From: Amphiscolops sp. MND2022
Taxonomy: Eukaryota
Assembly: GCA_964187785.1 (NCBI GenBank)
Contig: OZ076413.1
Span: forward strand, 47,866,001-47,930,000
Length of the DNA stretch: 64,000 nt
Reading direction: 5' to 3'
Positions 26,740 to 39,207 of this stretch are shown here, piece by piece. Position 1 is the first letter of the stretch. Every line of letters starts with the position of its first letter. A model generated the notes under the pieces. That model ran no database searches. It was not told the origin of the DNA and saw only the letters and a list, made by a program, of their open reading frames with translations. Position numbers and translations under genes: made by a program.

Positions 26740-27406
26740 GTGGAAACTTCTTCATACTCATTGTCGACTGATAACTGCAGGAATGCCTACCCAGCAAACA
26801 CAAGCAAATCTTGTTGCCGTGTTTTCTACGTTGCACAACTCTCCGAAAATGTTCCGTAAAACACCAACAGATCATTCAGCCAGTACAGAAAGAAATGAAA
26901 GACAACATCTATGTCACTTTTACTCCAAAGGAGGGGGTAAACATCTCGCTCGAACGAGATGTAGCAAACTTACCCGGATCAGTATAACACTGAGCAGCGA
27001 CAGAGAGAACATCCTCATGAACGGGAAGCTGACGTTGGGCGACGGGACAGGATTCCAGGTCTTGGGACTTTGATTGATTCTCAATCGGCGCCCCAGAAAA
27101 CTAAGTTGTGACTTACATAGTGAAACTGGCTATTTCATGAAGGTCAGAATAACAAAACTTAATGGAAGGAAGAATCTGCAGACCAACCTGAGGATTGATG
27201 CGATAGGAGAACGTTCGTGTAACACAGTAGAAAAACACAAAATGGTTTTGCTAACAATGGGAACGCCCTGTAAAGCATCAATTATTGAAAGTACTGAACC
27301 CAAAATACTACGAAATTTATTCGGAAATTGACAATCCCCACAGATGTAAGAAACAAGTGAAATGACAAAAACCCGCAAACAACCATCGTTCCTTTCCGAG
27401 TGGTCC

Positions 27407-28788
27407 TGTCACAGCCCGCTCCCAGCTGTTATTGCTTTAAATGCGATTACAATTAAACTTGCTTTGATGAACTAATTAGAATGATTTTTTTGACGTCATC
27501 AAGACAGCTGAGCTAGCAATGCGTTGGTAATTGGAATGATTTTTGTGACGTCGTTAGTACAAGAATTGAAATGATTTTCGAGCTTGCCGTAATACCTCCG
27601 TGAACCAACGCTCATCTTTGCCTCTTTTTATTACGTATGGAGCAGTTACGGTGCAAATTAAAGCTATGCCTAATCTTAATACGTACGGAGCGACTACGGA
27701 GTGAATTCTAAGCTTGCAAAGCTATACTTAATCTCAATACGTTCGGAGCGACTACGGAGCAATTTTACGATTGTAGTTACAAAATATGGAAATTGAACAC
27801 AATTTAGTATGAACTTTCCTCAGGAATTGATGATTGCAAAGATTTTGTGAATAGAATGCAACGTAAGGACAACGTCATATGAATGGATGCTTCCTTTCAG
27901 ATGAACTTCATACCAGTGTTTTCATTGAAAGTTCTGCATTTATACTATAGAATCAAAATTGTCAATCGAATTAATAATGTGTTTATGTTTTTACCCGATG
28001 TTCTGATTAGCATTTTTCAAAGTGTGGAATTTGTTGACCGAAAAGTCTCCGTTGTTTTAGTTTTAATGTGATTGTTTGTTTTAGCTTAGGTATACTAACG
28101 TCGTTTTATGTTCGTGCTAATTATAATGGCAATAAATGGAAACTGTTATTCCGGCATCATCTGTTCCTTTACATCAGTATTCAAACATTTCCGCACTCAA
28201 AATTATTTACTTCGTCTCGGTTACGCCGTCATTTTTGCTAGTCATACTTTTGTCTTCAGCACTTGAATTCCCAAAATGGAAATTGACAAATTGATCACGC
28301 CGGCGTGCCTCCGTCGATGAAAATATCAAGCAGGCTCTCATTTTGCCGCCATTTTGACGTTTAAAAATGAACTGTATCGTTTGAACAAAAATGATTTCAA
28401 CAAATGTTACGGAAGGGCGACGCAACTAGGAATTTCGATACCTGATTTTGTGACACGGGACTGAAATAATATGATTCAACTGGGTCTTTGTGTGAACAAT
28501 ACCGATTTTTGTGACACCTTGGAATTTTTAGGTGAGGGACAAATGATGCTAGAAAAGTATAAAAAAGTACATTAAATCAGTAAAGTTAATATTGATCGTT
28601 GTTGCACTGTTTTTCACCGTTGTTCAAACAATTTTCTTTTGGAAAATCAATTTTTTCAAACTACTTGTCTCAACTCAAATATGAAAACTCGAAGTCAGAA
28701 AAACCTGAAAACACAATCATTACACCTACAACACCATAAGAAACTAAACAGACTACTCAAAATAACCCTCCGTTAGGTAGTCGTAGCA
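27407..28788 (+). repeat. 3' LTR of element B
   Basis: Direct repeat of 6856-8245. Confidence 0.85.
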
Positions 28789-29149
28789 ATCGTGGAGATC
28801 GTGACAATCTCCAACCACTTGACTATTTTACAAGTAACTAAAATAGTCAAGTAGTAGTTACTATTAACGAAAATAGTAAAGTAATAGTTACTAGGAACTA
28901 AAATAGTCAAGTACCGCATTTCTTCGAATAGAAGTCGCCCCTGAATACAGGCCGCTCCCAATTAGCAGCCACATCAAGCATGAAAGTTTTATCCCAAAAA
29001 CCAAAGCTTACAGTATTTCATCGAGAACGGGTCGCCAAATCTCTACGGAAAAAACATACAAGCCGTGGCCTGTAATCGAGGAAATAGCTAATATAGACCT
29101 AAAACAGCTATGGTTCAGTTGAAGCTGAAATTACCCCGATGCTAAGCGG

Positions 29150-30500
29150 GCGTCTTGTTTCTTATTCCAACGTGTTGTAAATGTTCCTATGCCATTGATA
29201 TGTGAATGGCACTTTAGATATGGCAATTTAGATATCTCTAACTTGAGCTGCCTGAAACGCTCGTTAATGTTTTCAGCAATGAACAATTGAAGTTCAATAC
29301 TATATAAATTGCGTTCGTTCTCAGAATATCATGTAGAGAATGAATTTACGTCTTTGAAAAATTGCTCGCGAAATTCTTCGTTGCATTTTTTCGTTTTTTC
29401 AATTTTTGACAGGTTTGTTTCGGCAGCAGAACCACACGTTAGTAATCCACAACCAATTCTGGACTTTTTGTGTGTACATGTGACCTACACGATTTAATAA
29501 GCCACAGCTTTTATTCAGTTTTTTTACTACTGACCACTGTGTTCTCTGCATCCCAACGTTTTTTCGACGTGAACACCTAAATACTTGCACGCGTTGGAAT
29601 AAAGCTATCTTATCTCTTCTCTAAAATGAAAATGTCACTGGGATGACAGCGGCCGAAAGCAAATGAATCGCATTCTTCTCTGTTTATACTAAGTCTATTT
29701 TGACAAAATGACTGCGATAAATTGTCCATATTTGATTCAATTGAACAAAAACTCTTGCGTTTTGAACTTAATAGTGTTGTATCATCTGTAAACATGGCCA
29801 TTCTACAGTTTCCTATGCACAAATGAATGTCATTCATATACAAAAGAAATGAAATGGAGCCAAGACGGGACCTGGCGAACACCTGATAGAATTTTGTGCT
29901 TTCCGTGCTTACCGTCATGACTGATGTACTGCCTACTGATAATTTTTCAAAAGTTCAAAAATGTTCCTCCTTAAGTCAGATTCTAAAATTGTTTTTCAAA
30001 AAACATGATTCAATGTATTAAAAGCTTTCTGCAAATAAAACAAGCATGTTGTTTCTGAATCCATTTTTCACGGGAAAAATCGATCTGTTTCTTTCAGTGA
30101 ATCGTAACAGTCTATTGTGTAAGATTTTCGCAGACACTTTACTCAAAGATCTTAGCAGGCTAATTGTACAATAAATTGCAGGATCTTCTGCTTAGAAAAA
30201 ACGAAGAGCTCTTTTAATATTTTTCAAGCAGATTTAGTCTTTCTTTGCAGTTGAGAATTGTGCAAAGAATGTTGTGAGTTTCCGCATAAAATCCGTTTCA
30301 TTTCAAGACATTGAGTAAAGTCTGAGGATGTCATACTTTGAAAAACTTCTGAGTAATCACCAAAATTTAAACCTTGGAATTATGCACTTTTTAACGCTCT
30401 TTTCAATTCAGATTGCAAATGAAATCATTCAGGCAAACACACAATAACTGCACTTTTCATTCACGCTTTCACGGTTGAAAAATTTTCAATACTTTCAGCG
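29150..30500 (-). mobile_element. Decayed non-LTR retrotransposon (CR1/L2-like) RT fragment
   Basis: SRLGSISFLLYMNDI...MFTDDTTL (degenerate QGSxLGPxLFxxYxND / FADD), NRLSIN, KYLGV. Many stops; boundaries approximate. Confidence 0.75.
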
Positions 30501-31069
30501 TAGTCCTTTTGACATCTCCCTAAATTGCCCTCTAGTGTACAAAGAAAGAAAAACAACGTATTAGAGTGAATTGAGATGAATAAGAGTTTTAATTACTCTT
30601 TTGAAAACATAATTGAATTTGAATTTTGTTTGAAACAAGGTCAATCTTTCTTATATTGGACTGAGGGGACTCAACTTTGAAGAGTTGAGAAACTTTGATC
30701 TCAAACTCTATTTAAATTTCGTGAACAACCGCTGTCTTCAGCTTATTGGAGTTCATTTCCGCGAATGTATCTTTCCTTCCATTCTTGTAGGTTTTTTCTT
30801 ACTACTTCCAGATAGAGTTTCTTTCGCCAGGCATCGTCTTTTATTCATCCTATTGACCAAAATTCCCTAAAAATCATTACGATACATATGCCGCAATAAT
30901 GGATTTCATCATCTAGTGTAATGTGTATTTTCCGTAAACCGAGAGCGAACCGTCTTCTAGTCAATCAGTGCAATGTGTTCATCGTGAATTTTGATGCACA
31001 GTGTAATCAGAAATTGCGGATTGTGATCATTGAGCGTAATTAGAGAAAAGTGGAAACCTCAAGAATGTT

Positions 31070-32078
31070 CCCAGGTTGTCACGCCATGGCCCGCCATCCA
31101 TGATTCATCCATGGTTCATGGCTCGCCATGGCATGGCCCATGACATGGGGAATGTATGGAAATCCATGAATCATGGATGAATCATGGATGGAAATCCATG
31201 TGCCATGGCTACAAAAAATTTGAAACGGGCCGTTCCGATAGCCAAAACTGCCTTGAAAAAAGATGGATATGGTCCTATTTTTGACCACTATCCATTACTT
31301 GAGCTGAAACAAAAAGAAGTTAGAAGCATAATGTCGGACATTCAGTTCAACTGAAAGCAAAGCATTCAGTAATCGAAAAATGTCCTTATTCTGGGTTGGA
31401 GGCTCTCTGCTAGTGCGGTATATTATAGATATACCACACGTGACAGGACTCACGACGAGAACGTGGCCTCCGGCGAGTCCCAAAAACTAAGATCTCAATT
31501 GGAAAGAGGAGTTTTGTAGCAAGATTTCTCAAAAAAAGACATGAAATCAGCAAAACTACAGTACGATTCATAGGTATTAGACCATATAGATGCAGAATCC
31601 AGATCGAAATCGGGCGAAGCATTGATCTAGATACAAACTAGAATAACTCTATATTTTCTCTAAAATTGATCTGAAAAGACGCGTTTTTCCGCAATTCTAT
31701 CAAAAACCATCCCCAAAACCATCAAAAACCCACCTAATGCTAACGAAACTCCTACCTATCTCAGCGGCTTCAGGAAACGCGGTGCCGAAAAGCGTCCTTA
31801 ATGCTACCCGGGCCATTGAGGTAACCCTCAGATTCTGAGGCTTAGAAAAAGAGACAGAAACAAAAACTGACACGGTAAGAGAAAATTTTCGACTTCGAAC
31901 GAAATTTTCAACATGGCTCATCATGGATGAATCATGGGTCAAAATCATGGATGATGATCCATGGGGCCATGCCCTGCCATGGGCCATCCATGATTTTCCA
32001 TGAAAGTCGAAGTAATATGCCGAAAAATCCATGATCATGGATGATTTTCCATGAACGAGCCATGACAGACAACCTGGG
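31070..32078. mobile_element. Non-autonomous DNA transposon, CCC termini, 2-bp TSD, CATG-rich subterminal repeats
   Basis: TIR CCCAGGTTGTC / GACAACCTGGG; TT on both flanks; dense CCATGG/TCATGG arrays at both ends. Confidence 0.8.
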
Positions 32079-34109
32079 TTCAACCTACAATTGACTCAAT
32101 TCCGTAATGTGAATGAAACATAAATTAGTCAATCTTTGACTAGAATTCACTTTCTACTTTCTAAGAGTACTTAGAAATATTATTCATTGAAAACGGGGAA
32201 AGTGATCAAAGTTTAACTACTTTACACACAAACAATACATTCTATTGCTTTCTTATTTAACAAAAACGTTTCACATTGTAATTGCAGTCGGTATTTAGTT
32301 TGACTGTTTTACACTAATTTGACTAATTTACATAATTACCTTTGACTGATTTACACTAATATAGTTGTTTCCCAGCACACACTAAAGTGTTATATTTGGC
32401 GATAATAAAGATTATGTATATATATCACGTATAAATAATGATTATGATCTTCAGTTGTTGGCAATTGCATGCAAAACGTCAAACATCCGACATTTAATGA
32501 TTTTCATGAACTTCATTGAAGTTGAAATATGTGAAATATTTGTCAACGTTTTCATGCAGTATATCTGTTGTTAATTATCGGTTTCGTTGAATGAATGACA
32601 AATCATTCTGAGCGCAAAATGTTTTAGGAATTGGGAATCAGAATTGAATAACAGATCTTCGAATATTGAATTGGTAGCATCTTTCTAATTGAATGAATTT
32701 GGATCTCAATTGAAAATGAAAAATAATTAGCTTTTTTGAAACCTTGAATTCCATGCATGAATACATGAAACATACATGGGCAATTTGATTTCATGCAAAA
32801 AAAACATCATGGCTTGTGCGTGGACCATGCGGTTCCCGGGTTGACAAAACAATTAGTCCATACAATGTTTCCATATATAGAAACTCGAATCCATACTTTT
32901 TATGGACTAAATGTTCTCATATATGGTCATTGTATGACTTGCACGTTTTTCAGTAACTATTATAGAAAAATCGATTTTATACGTAAAAACCCTTTCGAAT
33001 GGCTTTTGGCTTTTGTCTCTTCAAGTTGAAGGAAGAACCCAGGGTTGGAAAGACAACATTTTTTATTGTATAAGAAATACTATTTATACGTTTAAAACCA
33101 ATTGAAAGAAATAGCTTGATTTTATTGATTCGAAGCACGGAGACGAAATACAAGGGTAAGAAAGCTTTTCAATCCCGAGTTTGTTCCTAAGATCAGATTG
33201 AAAAAAACTCACGGTTGAAAATACTCGATCCAGACGCAGGCTACTGTACGCCATGTTCAGTAGATCTACCGCAAACTCCATGAGAAAATGAGGAATAGAC
33301 ACCCAAAATTTTCTGGGATTTGATGAAAACTACTATATTTACATTCAGAGCAGTCTCAAATGGTCTTTAAATGCCTTCATTGACGCCGCTAATTCATTTC
33401 ACCAGATAGGTATAAACATGGGGTTGTTTGCCGCGGCCCATATTTTTGCTGTTTGGTTGTTTGGTTTCAGAAAGTGTAGGACGACTTCCAATAGTTTTCA
33501 GACGCAACAAATCAGCAACAAACCGAACAACAGGAACAGATTTGTTGAACCTCTTTTCTGTCGATTCCCTGGCTTCTTGATCATTCCGATACCATTCAAG
33601 AAATTCGAAATTTAGCAGCTTTCCCAGCAAATACATGATCTGATTGCGGCGATCAAGTCTTTTCACAACTGGTTTCATACTTTTCATGGCAACAGGATAG
33701 GTTCGAAAAATACCGGAGTCTCGGATATTTCTCACCAAACCTTATCTGATGCAAAGTACTGTCATTTTTTGTCAATCGTTTTTTTTTCGCTTTTACGCAT
33801 TATTCATGATACTACTCTAGAAACGCCAACGAGGAATTCTAACGGACAAAACTGACCATTGGTTCTAACATGCGCGCCATTCAATTGTGCTGCAGTAAGA
33901 GGTTTCGCTTCTGTATAAACATTCCCGAGAATTTCTTTTCCGATCAAACATGCAAATCAAAATATCCAGTGTTTGGCTTGCTCCAAAGAAGTTGCATCAG
34001 TAAACATCTTGCTAGTTCGATTACCAGCCAATAAAAGTTTGGCGCTACGCGTCATGAATAAAAGGCCGTGAGTGATAACTATTTAGTGTATACAAAAAAC
34101 GTAGAATTT

Positions 34110-34255
34110 GAAACAAGACGCCCGCTGAGCACCGGGATATTTTCCGCGACTACTGGCTGAGAAACCAAAAAAAATTCAAGCACGAGCACGGGCTCGAACC
34201 CACGACCTCGTGTCTGCCAGGCAGACGCACTACCCACCGGCGCACATTGACTAAA
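34110..34255 (-). mobile_element. tRNA-derived SINE head
   Basis: GCGCCGGTGGGTAGTGCG...GGTCGTGGGTTCGAGCCCG: pol III A/B boxes and a T-arm, but no acceptor stem. Confidence 0.6.
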
Positions 34256-34939
34256 ATATGGAGTAATAAAGTGGAGTTTTGTCAGAATTTGTAAAAAAAA
34301 CGCATCACAGATCATGATTTTCCTCCCCCATTTATGTGGGCGGAAAATAATAATATTATAATTAGGCGTATTTAGGAAAACAGTCAAATTGGTGTAAAAC
34401 GGTCGAATAAGTGCAAAAATGCCAAATGCAATAGTGTGAAACAGTCGAATAAGTGTAAAGCAGGTAAATGAAATAGTGTACAAACAAACAAGTGTAAACC
34501 AGTCAAATGCAATAGTGTAATCCAGTCAAACTAATCAACGACTTCACTTAAAATGTGAAGTAATTTCATGAAAGTAGAAAACAAAAGGGAGTATTTTTAA
34601 TTGGTGCAAAGTAGTCGAACATGGCTACTTTCCCCAGTGCTCAAAAACTGAATTTTTGTCAAAGATTGACTGAGTTATGTTTTCTACATATTACGGAAAT
34701 GAACAAGATTCAAGTTGAAATTTCTTGACTTGTTTACGCTTTTCTCTAATTACGCTCAAAGATTGAAATCCGCAACTTCTCATTACACCGTGCATCACAA
34801 TGAGCGATGAACACACTGCCTTATTTGGCTGGAAAAAAGTTCTCTCTCGTTTTACGGAAAGAAACACTTTACCATGATGATAAAATTTTTTCAGCATATG
34901 TATCGTATAGAAAAAATCCATTTTTAGTCGGCGATTTTC

Positions 34940-35395
34940 TTAAGAAAAGAGTCGACTATAGTCATGGCTTTTCGTCAGTGTTTTTTTCGATATACCGGAA
35001 GTGACCAAAATAGTTGTACCAAAAGTTCTACAAACATTCAAATTGTACCTGTTGGCCCAGGAAACTGAACCAAAATAGTTTTTTCTTTTTTCCGCGGAAC
35101 ATACATTACCAGGCGAGACTCAAGTTTCCCCCTTTCAATTTTTCGGCTTTGTGCGACGTTTTTTCGAACCTCTTTTTTCCACCAAGAGCCCCCCTCCAAT
35201 TTACTTGGAGTTTTGCGACAGAATGGATGTTGAAAATTTCCAAAGGGTCCCCTTTTCAATTTTTTTTTCGGCATTGTGAGACTTTTTCCAAAAAAAGTCA
35301 CAGGGGTCCCCAATTTCTCAACACTTTGACACTTTGAAGTCCTTTTGCTATTTTTTAGCCTTAGATATGGCGCCGACTTGGGCCGGTCTGGGCTT
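34940..35395. repeat. Copy of a dispersed repeat family (others at ~5020-5330, ~37950-38410, ~48750-48950, ~49290-49675)
   Basis: Shared motifs among copies, e.g. GGGGACCCTTT, ACTAT(T/A)A(C/T)AGT, CAAGCC...GTCGGCGCC and GTGAGGTCTGTGGTCTGGAG. Confidence 0.6.
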
Positions 35396-36322
35396 GTTTT
35401 ATTCAGGTAGTTGGATCGCCGGCGGAATCTTCATATCAGGTCTCCTTTTCCGCATGCTTCCGTAATATTTCAACGAGCCCCGCAAGTTCTTTGTATCAAG
35501 CTTTTCTCCCATTTTCCAGTCTTTCAAAAGCAGCCCATGCTAGATCAAGTTTGCAGCCGGAGCTGTCACGGGCACCGCCTTTATTCTATCTGACAACAGA
35601 GAAACCTTGAAAAAAACCCTGAGAAAACATTGAAACAATAAAACTGATTAGAAGCACTGTTTAAAATACTGTTTTTCTTTCAACATGTTTTTCCCTGCCA
35701 ACCCTGGTAGAACCGGAGGTCACGTCATCTTGACCTCAAGTATCCACAGCGGATACAGCGAGGATCGAGATGTTTTTTGTATGGAGATTAACCCGGGTTG
35801 TCAACACGGGAAGCTCCTTCTTGGAAAATTAGTGCAAAAGACGTCTTTCAAATATGACCTTGACGCTGTCAAACTCAAACTATGTAAATGCAGAAAACCT
35901 TGTCAGGGTGATTGATGAATATTTCAATTGAAAATTGGTGGTTTGTGGACAAAAAAGTGTTAGTGAATGAGTTTTTCAATTTTTTGTTTAAAAAGTAATG
36001 TTTATGAAACAAAAAATCATGAAACCACCATGAATGTCACCATGTTATACAGAAAGAAGCACATATGATTCTTTCAGCACAAAATGGTGCGATTCATGGT
36101 ACTTTGTATTGGTTTGTTCAGCATAAACTCCCTGGGGTGAAAACTGCTGTTGCAAGGATTCAACTTAACCAGTTATGGATTCATTTTATGGATAAAAACT
36201 CAACTAGTTAGTTTTCCAGCTCTTGAACAAACTCTGAAACGAGTAATTGAAAGTGCAATCTGAAAACAAGTGCGCTCTTGTCATCTCCTGAACTATTTTC
36301 TATTACCTCCGTGGGCTTCACA

Positions 36323-36947
36323 ATGCAAAAACGTATGCCATTTTACTTCATTGTACTATGTATTGCAACGCTTTTATCTGTGTTTATAGTTTATCCAACG
36401 ATTCCAAATTTACCATTAGCTTCTTTGTCATTAGCAAACGAAAAAAATTGTTCGACTGTTTGTAACTCACCAAAAAACAAAGCTTCAACTTACAGTATTT
36501 ACAAGTTTTTATCGCTGAGCAAACCACAAGTTGAATCGTCTTTGAATCATTTGAGAATAATTTCCGACGTTCCTTTCGCAAACTGTTTCATTACAAAAAC
36601 AAATTCTCGCAACGATAGCGAAGCCTCCAAAGCAACAAAAAAACTAGCAGAGCAGAAACTAGAGCAGATCAGAGACAAAAACTTACCATATTTGCTGAAA
36701 ACTGTTTTCAATTCCAGCCCCAAAGTAGTCTTCTTTCTGGGTCTCGAAGGTACCGGTCATCATTACGTTAAAACTGCTTTTAAAGAATTGTATGAAACGA
36801 ACTACAGTGAGCCCTTTCTTGGTTACTGGGAAATGCTGCGATGCAAACCGTATTCAGAAGTCTTCAAAAATATGGCAAACATTGAGAAGCTGAAAAAGTT
36901 ACTACTGGGATATCAGTCACAAGTTCTCTTCATGAATACAGTTGAAG
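36323..36947 (+). CDS. Sulfotransferase-like type II membrane protein, exon 1
   Basis: N-terminal TM anchor (FYFIVLCIATLLSVFIVY); VVFFLGLEGTGHH resembles a PAPS 5'-phosphosulfate-binding loop; phase-1 donor at 36948. Confidence 0.6.
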
Positions 36948-37244
36948 GTTATAAATTTTCGATAGATTAGGATTTCATGTTTTTTACTGAGTAGTCTTCG
37001 CGCATGGTAGAGATCATATTCATCGGATTCTGCAGATCCCAATTTCCAATTTTTATAAAGAATGTTGTTTTATAAAGAATTTGTCAAGACAGAAATTGAA
37101 ATTGAGTACAATTGATTTCTGAGGTTTGGAAGAATTTTGCGGTTACTCGTCCCAGTTTGCGGTCGAATAACTGTTCTGAAAAGTGCATCACGAGCAAAAA
37201 AATAACCAAAAATACCTCACGGGTTGAGAAAATTTAAAGACAAT

Positions 37245-37930
37245 TGTCGCAAGCATCACGATCATCGTAGTGGTCAATAAATTGACGACCATGTGCTTGT
37301 TCATTTCTCACATCATTCCTAGTCTTCCCATTTCGCAGACCTTCGGAATTAACTTCCGGTCTCTCGGGCGGAATGTCCCACCCATTTTTGGTCACTTGTG
37401 CTGAACCGGCCTTGATGACATTTTGAATCTGTGGAAAGACCTGATTGCTTATAGCATCATTAATGGCCCTCTGAATCTGGACACTGACCGAGTTCATCAT
37501 CTCATCCATCTCTCGAGATATTCGAGAATTTAGCTCACTCGACAGTCTGTTCATCTCAGCACTAGAGTTAGCAGTGGCTGAATTACGGTCAAACTCGGCG
37601 CTATTACCAGAGTTAATAACTCTTTGGTTTACATGTGTGTTTTCTTGATCGTTTTCGAGATCATTACTAATGGCACTTTCTGGCCTTCTAGCTAAGTTGC
37701 TGTTCAAGCTCTCGTCTCTTTTTCTTGTATCAAAGTGGTCTCCTCCTAACATGATATCTAGATTTTCAATATCCGAGAACATTTCAAGTCCCCTTGATTT
37801 TCTAGCTTTTTTTGCTTTCTAGTAGTAGGCATTGAAGAAAATCCAAGCAAAATAATAGATTGTCTTGATTGGAAAACGTATTTAATACGATGTACTTCTA
37901 ATGAATATTATGCAGGTCCTGCAGGTCACA
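37245..37930 (-). mobile_element. Truncated LTR fragment containing a gag-like N-terminus, inside the intron of the sulfotransferase-like gene
   Basis: MPTTRKQK (ATG 37832, 1-nt frameshift) then MFSDIENLDIMLGG...EMNRLSSELNSRISREMDEMM; the frame runs to a TGCGACA LTR-like end at 37245, the same layout as 52098-52476. Confidence 0.6.
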
Positions 37931-38940
37931 AAAAAACAACACGGGAACGTCTAAAGTCGGCACTATATCTGAGGCTCAAAAAGCGCAGTGACTAAAACAG
38001 TTATCATGAAAAACTTGTTTTCAAACCTCCGCCTCCTCCTTAATAAAACGCAATATAGTTTGGATATAACGTCAAAAGTTCAAAAGTTCGGATATAGCGC
38101 TTCACTTTGGATATTACGAAGGGGACTTCAATAAAATCGAAGAGGGACACTTTGGAGACAAAAAATTCGAAAAAAGCCTCATAGCACCAAAAAAATTGAA
38201 ATGGGGACCCTTTAATCTCGTCCAGTTTTGTAGGCAACGTTAGAAAATAAAAATGAAAGGGGCGACCCTTTGCACTAAGTTTCAGCTGACCGGGCTCAGT
38301 AGTTTTAGTTGTTTCGGTAAAAAGTGGAGCTTTCAGTGTGAGGTCTGTGGTCTGGAGAAAAAAAGGTCACTGTAAGAGTTTTTTGCTTCACGAAAAGCGC
38401 CAACTGAAAACGTTCGAATCGTTAAGTGACACTCATCCACAAAATTATCTAGTACCGGCTAAAATAAATAGTTGAAAAGTATGCACTTGCATGAGTCATT
38501 TGACACAAATGCGAGGTCTTACTGAGCCAATCAATCTTTTAACAAAAAGTTCTGGAAAAACACATATGGCTCAGATACTGTAAAAAAATTCTGTCATTTC
38601 GTTTGTTACAATGTCGGCTTCGAAAAACGCGACAGAGAACTTGGAATCAAACAAAGCGGTAACACAGGGCCGAAAAACGTCGAAAGAAGAACTCTTTGTA
38701 TTCTTTCAAAAATAAAATTGGTTTTTATCAGGCATCATAAAAGCGTGACGGCATAATTGCGAAATCTGACATTTTCAAACAAAAACCAATTTGTATCTCA
38801 ACGATGTAAGAATTGTGATCTCTGAAGGTCAAGAACTCAACAATACATAAATCTAATTGAAAAAGAACCTCATCATTACTCATTCTTCTGTTTGTTTACC
38901 ATCATAAATATATTTGAATATTTGATTTTTTCCAATTTAG

Positions 38941-39207
38941 GGAAAACTATGTTATCATTTCCCAACTGTGGAGGTCCCATGAAAGTTCTTCAAACCACAG
39001 ATGTTCGAGCTATAGCAGAGCTGTGTGAAAGCATTGGTTTGGATTTCCAGATTATTCTGCTCACAAGAAGTCCTGAAAATATCCTCATCTCCACCACAGT
39101 TCATCGCAACTTCGGACCCAATTTTGGACACCAAGCGGAACTGTATCACTATGTGCAAAGGATCGTACTCAGTCAATTGGGTAATATGGACCCTAGATTC
39201 TTGACAG
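38941..39207 (+). CDS. Sulfotransferase-like protein, exon 2
   Basis: Acceptor TTTTCCAATTTAG at 38940, phase-compatible with exon 1; IILLTRSPENILIS resembles the 3'-PB motif (RxPxxxxxS); donor G|GTGTGT. Confidence 0.6.

Larger units (their letters stand above)
6856..28788 (+). mobile_element. Element B: non-autonomous LTR retrotransposon related to element C, interrupted by element A
   Basis: Direct repeats 6856-8245 and 27407-28788, both starting TGTCACAGCC and ending GTCGTA(C/G)CA. Flanks ATAGT/ATCGT are a 5-bp TSD with one mismatch. Only ~1.4 kb of internal sequence and no pol. Confidence 0.85.

Noticed and set aside
33084..33738. Minus-strand ORFs, including LDRVF as a possible M4 of the Cys-loop gene
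   Set aside because: No hydrophobic helix follows and no consistent splice model could be built.
34184..34250. Functional tRNA gene
   Set aside because: Has A/B boxes and a T-arm but no acceptor stem; better explained as a SINE head.
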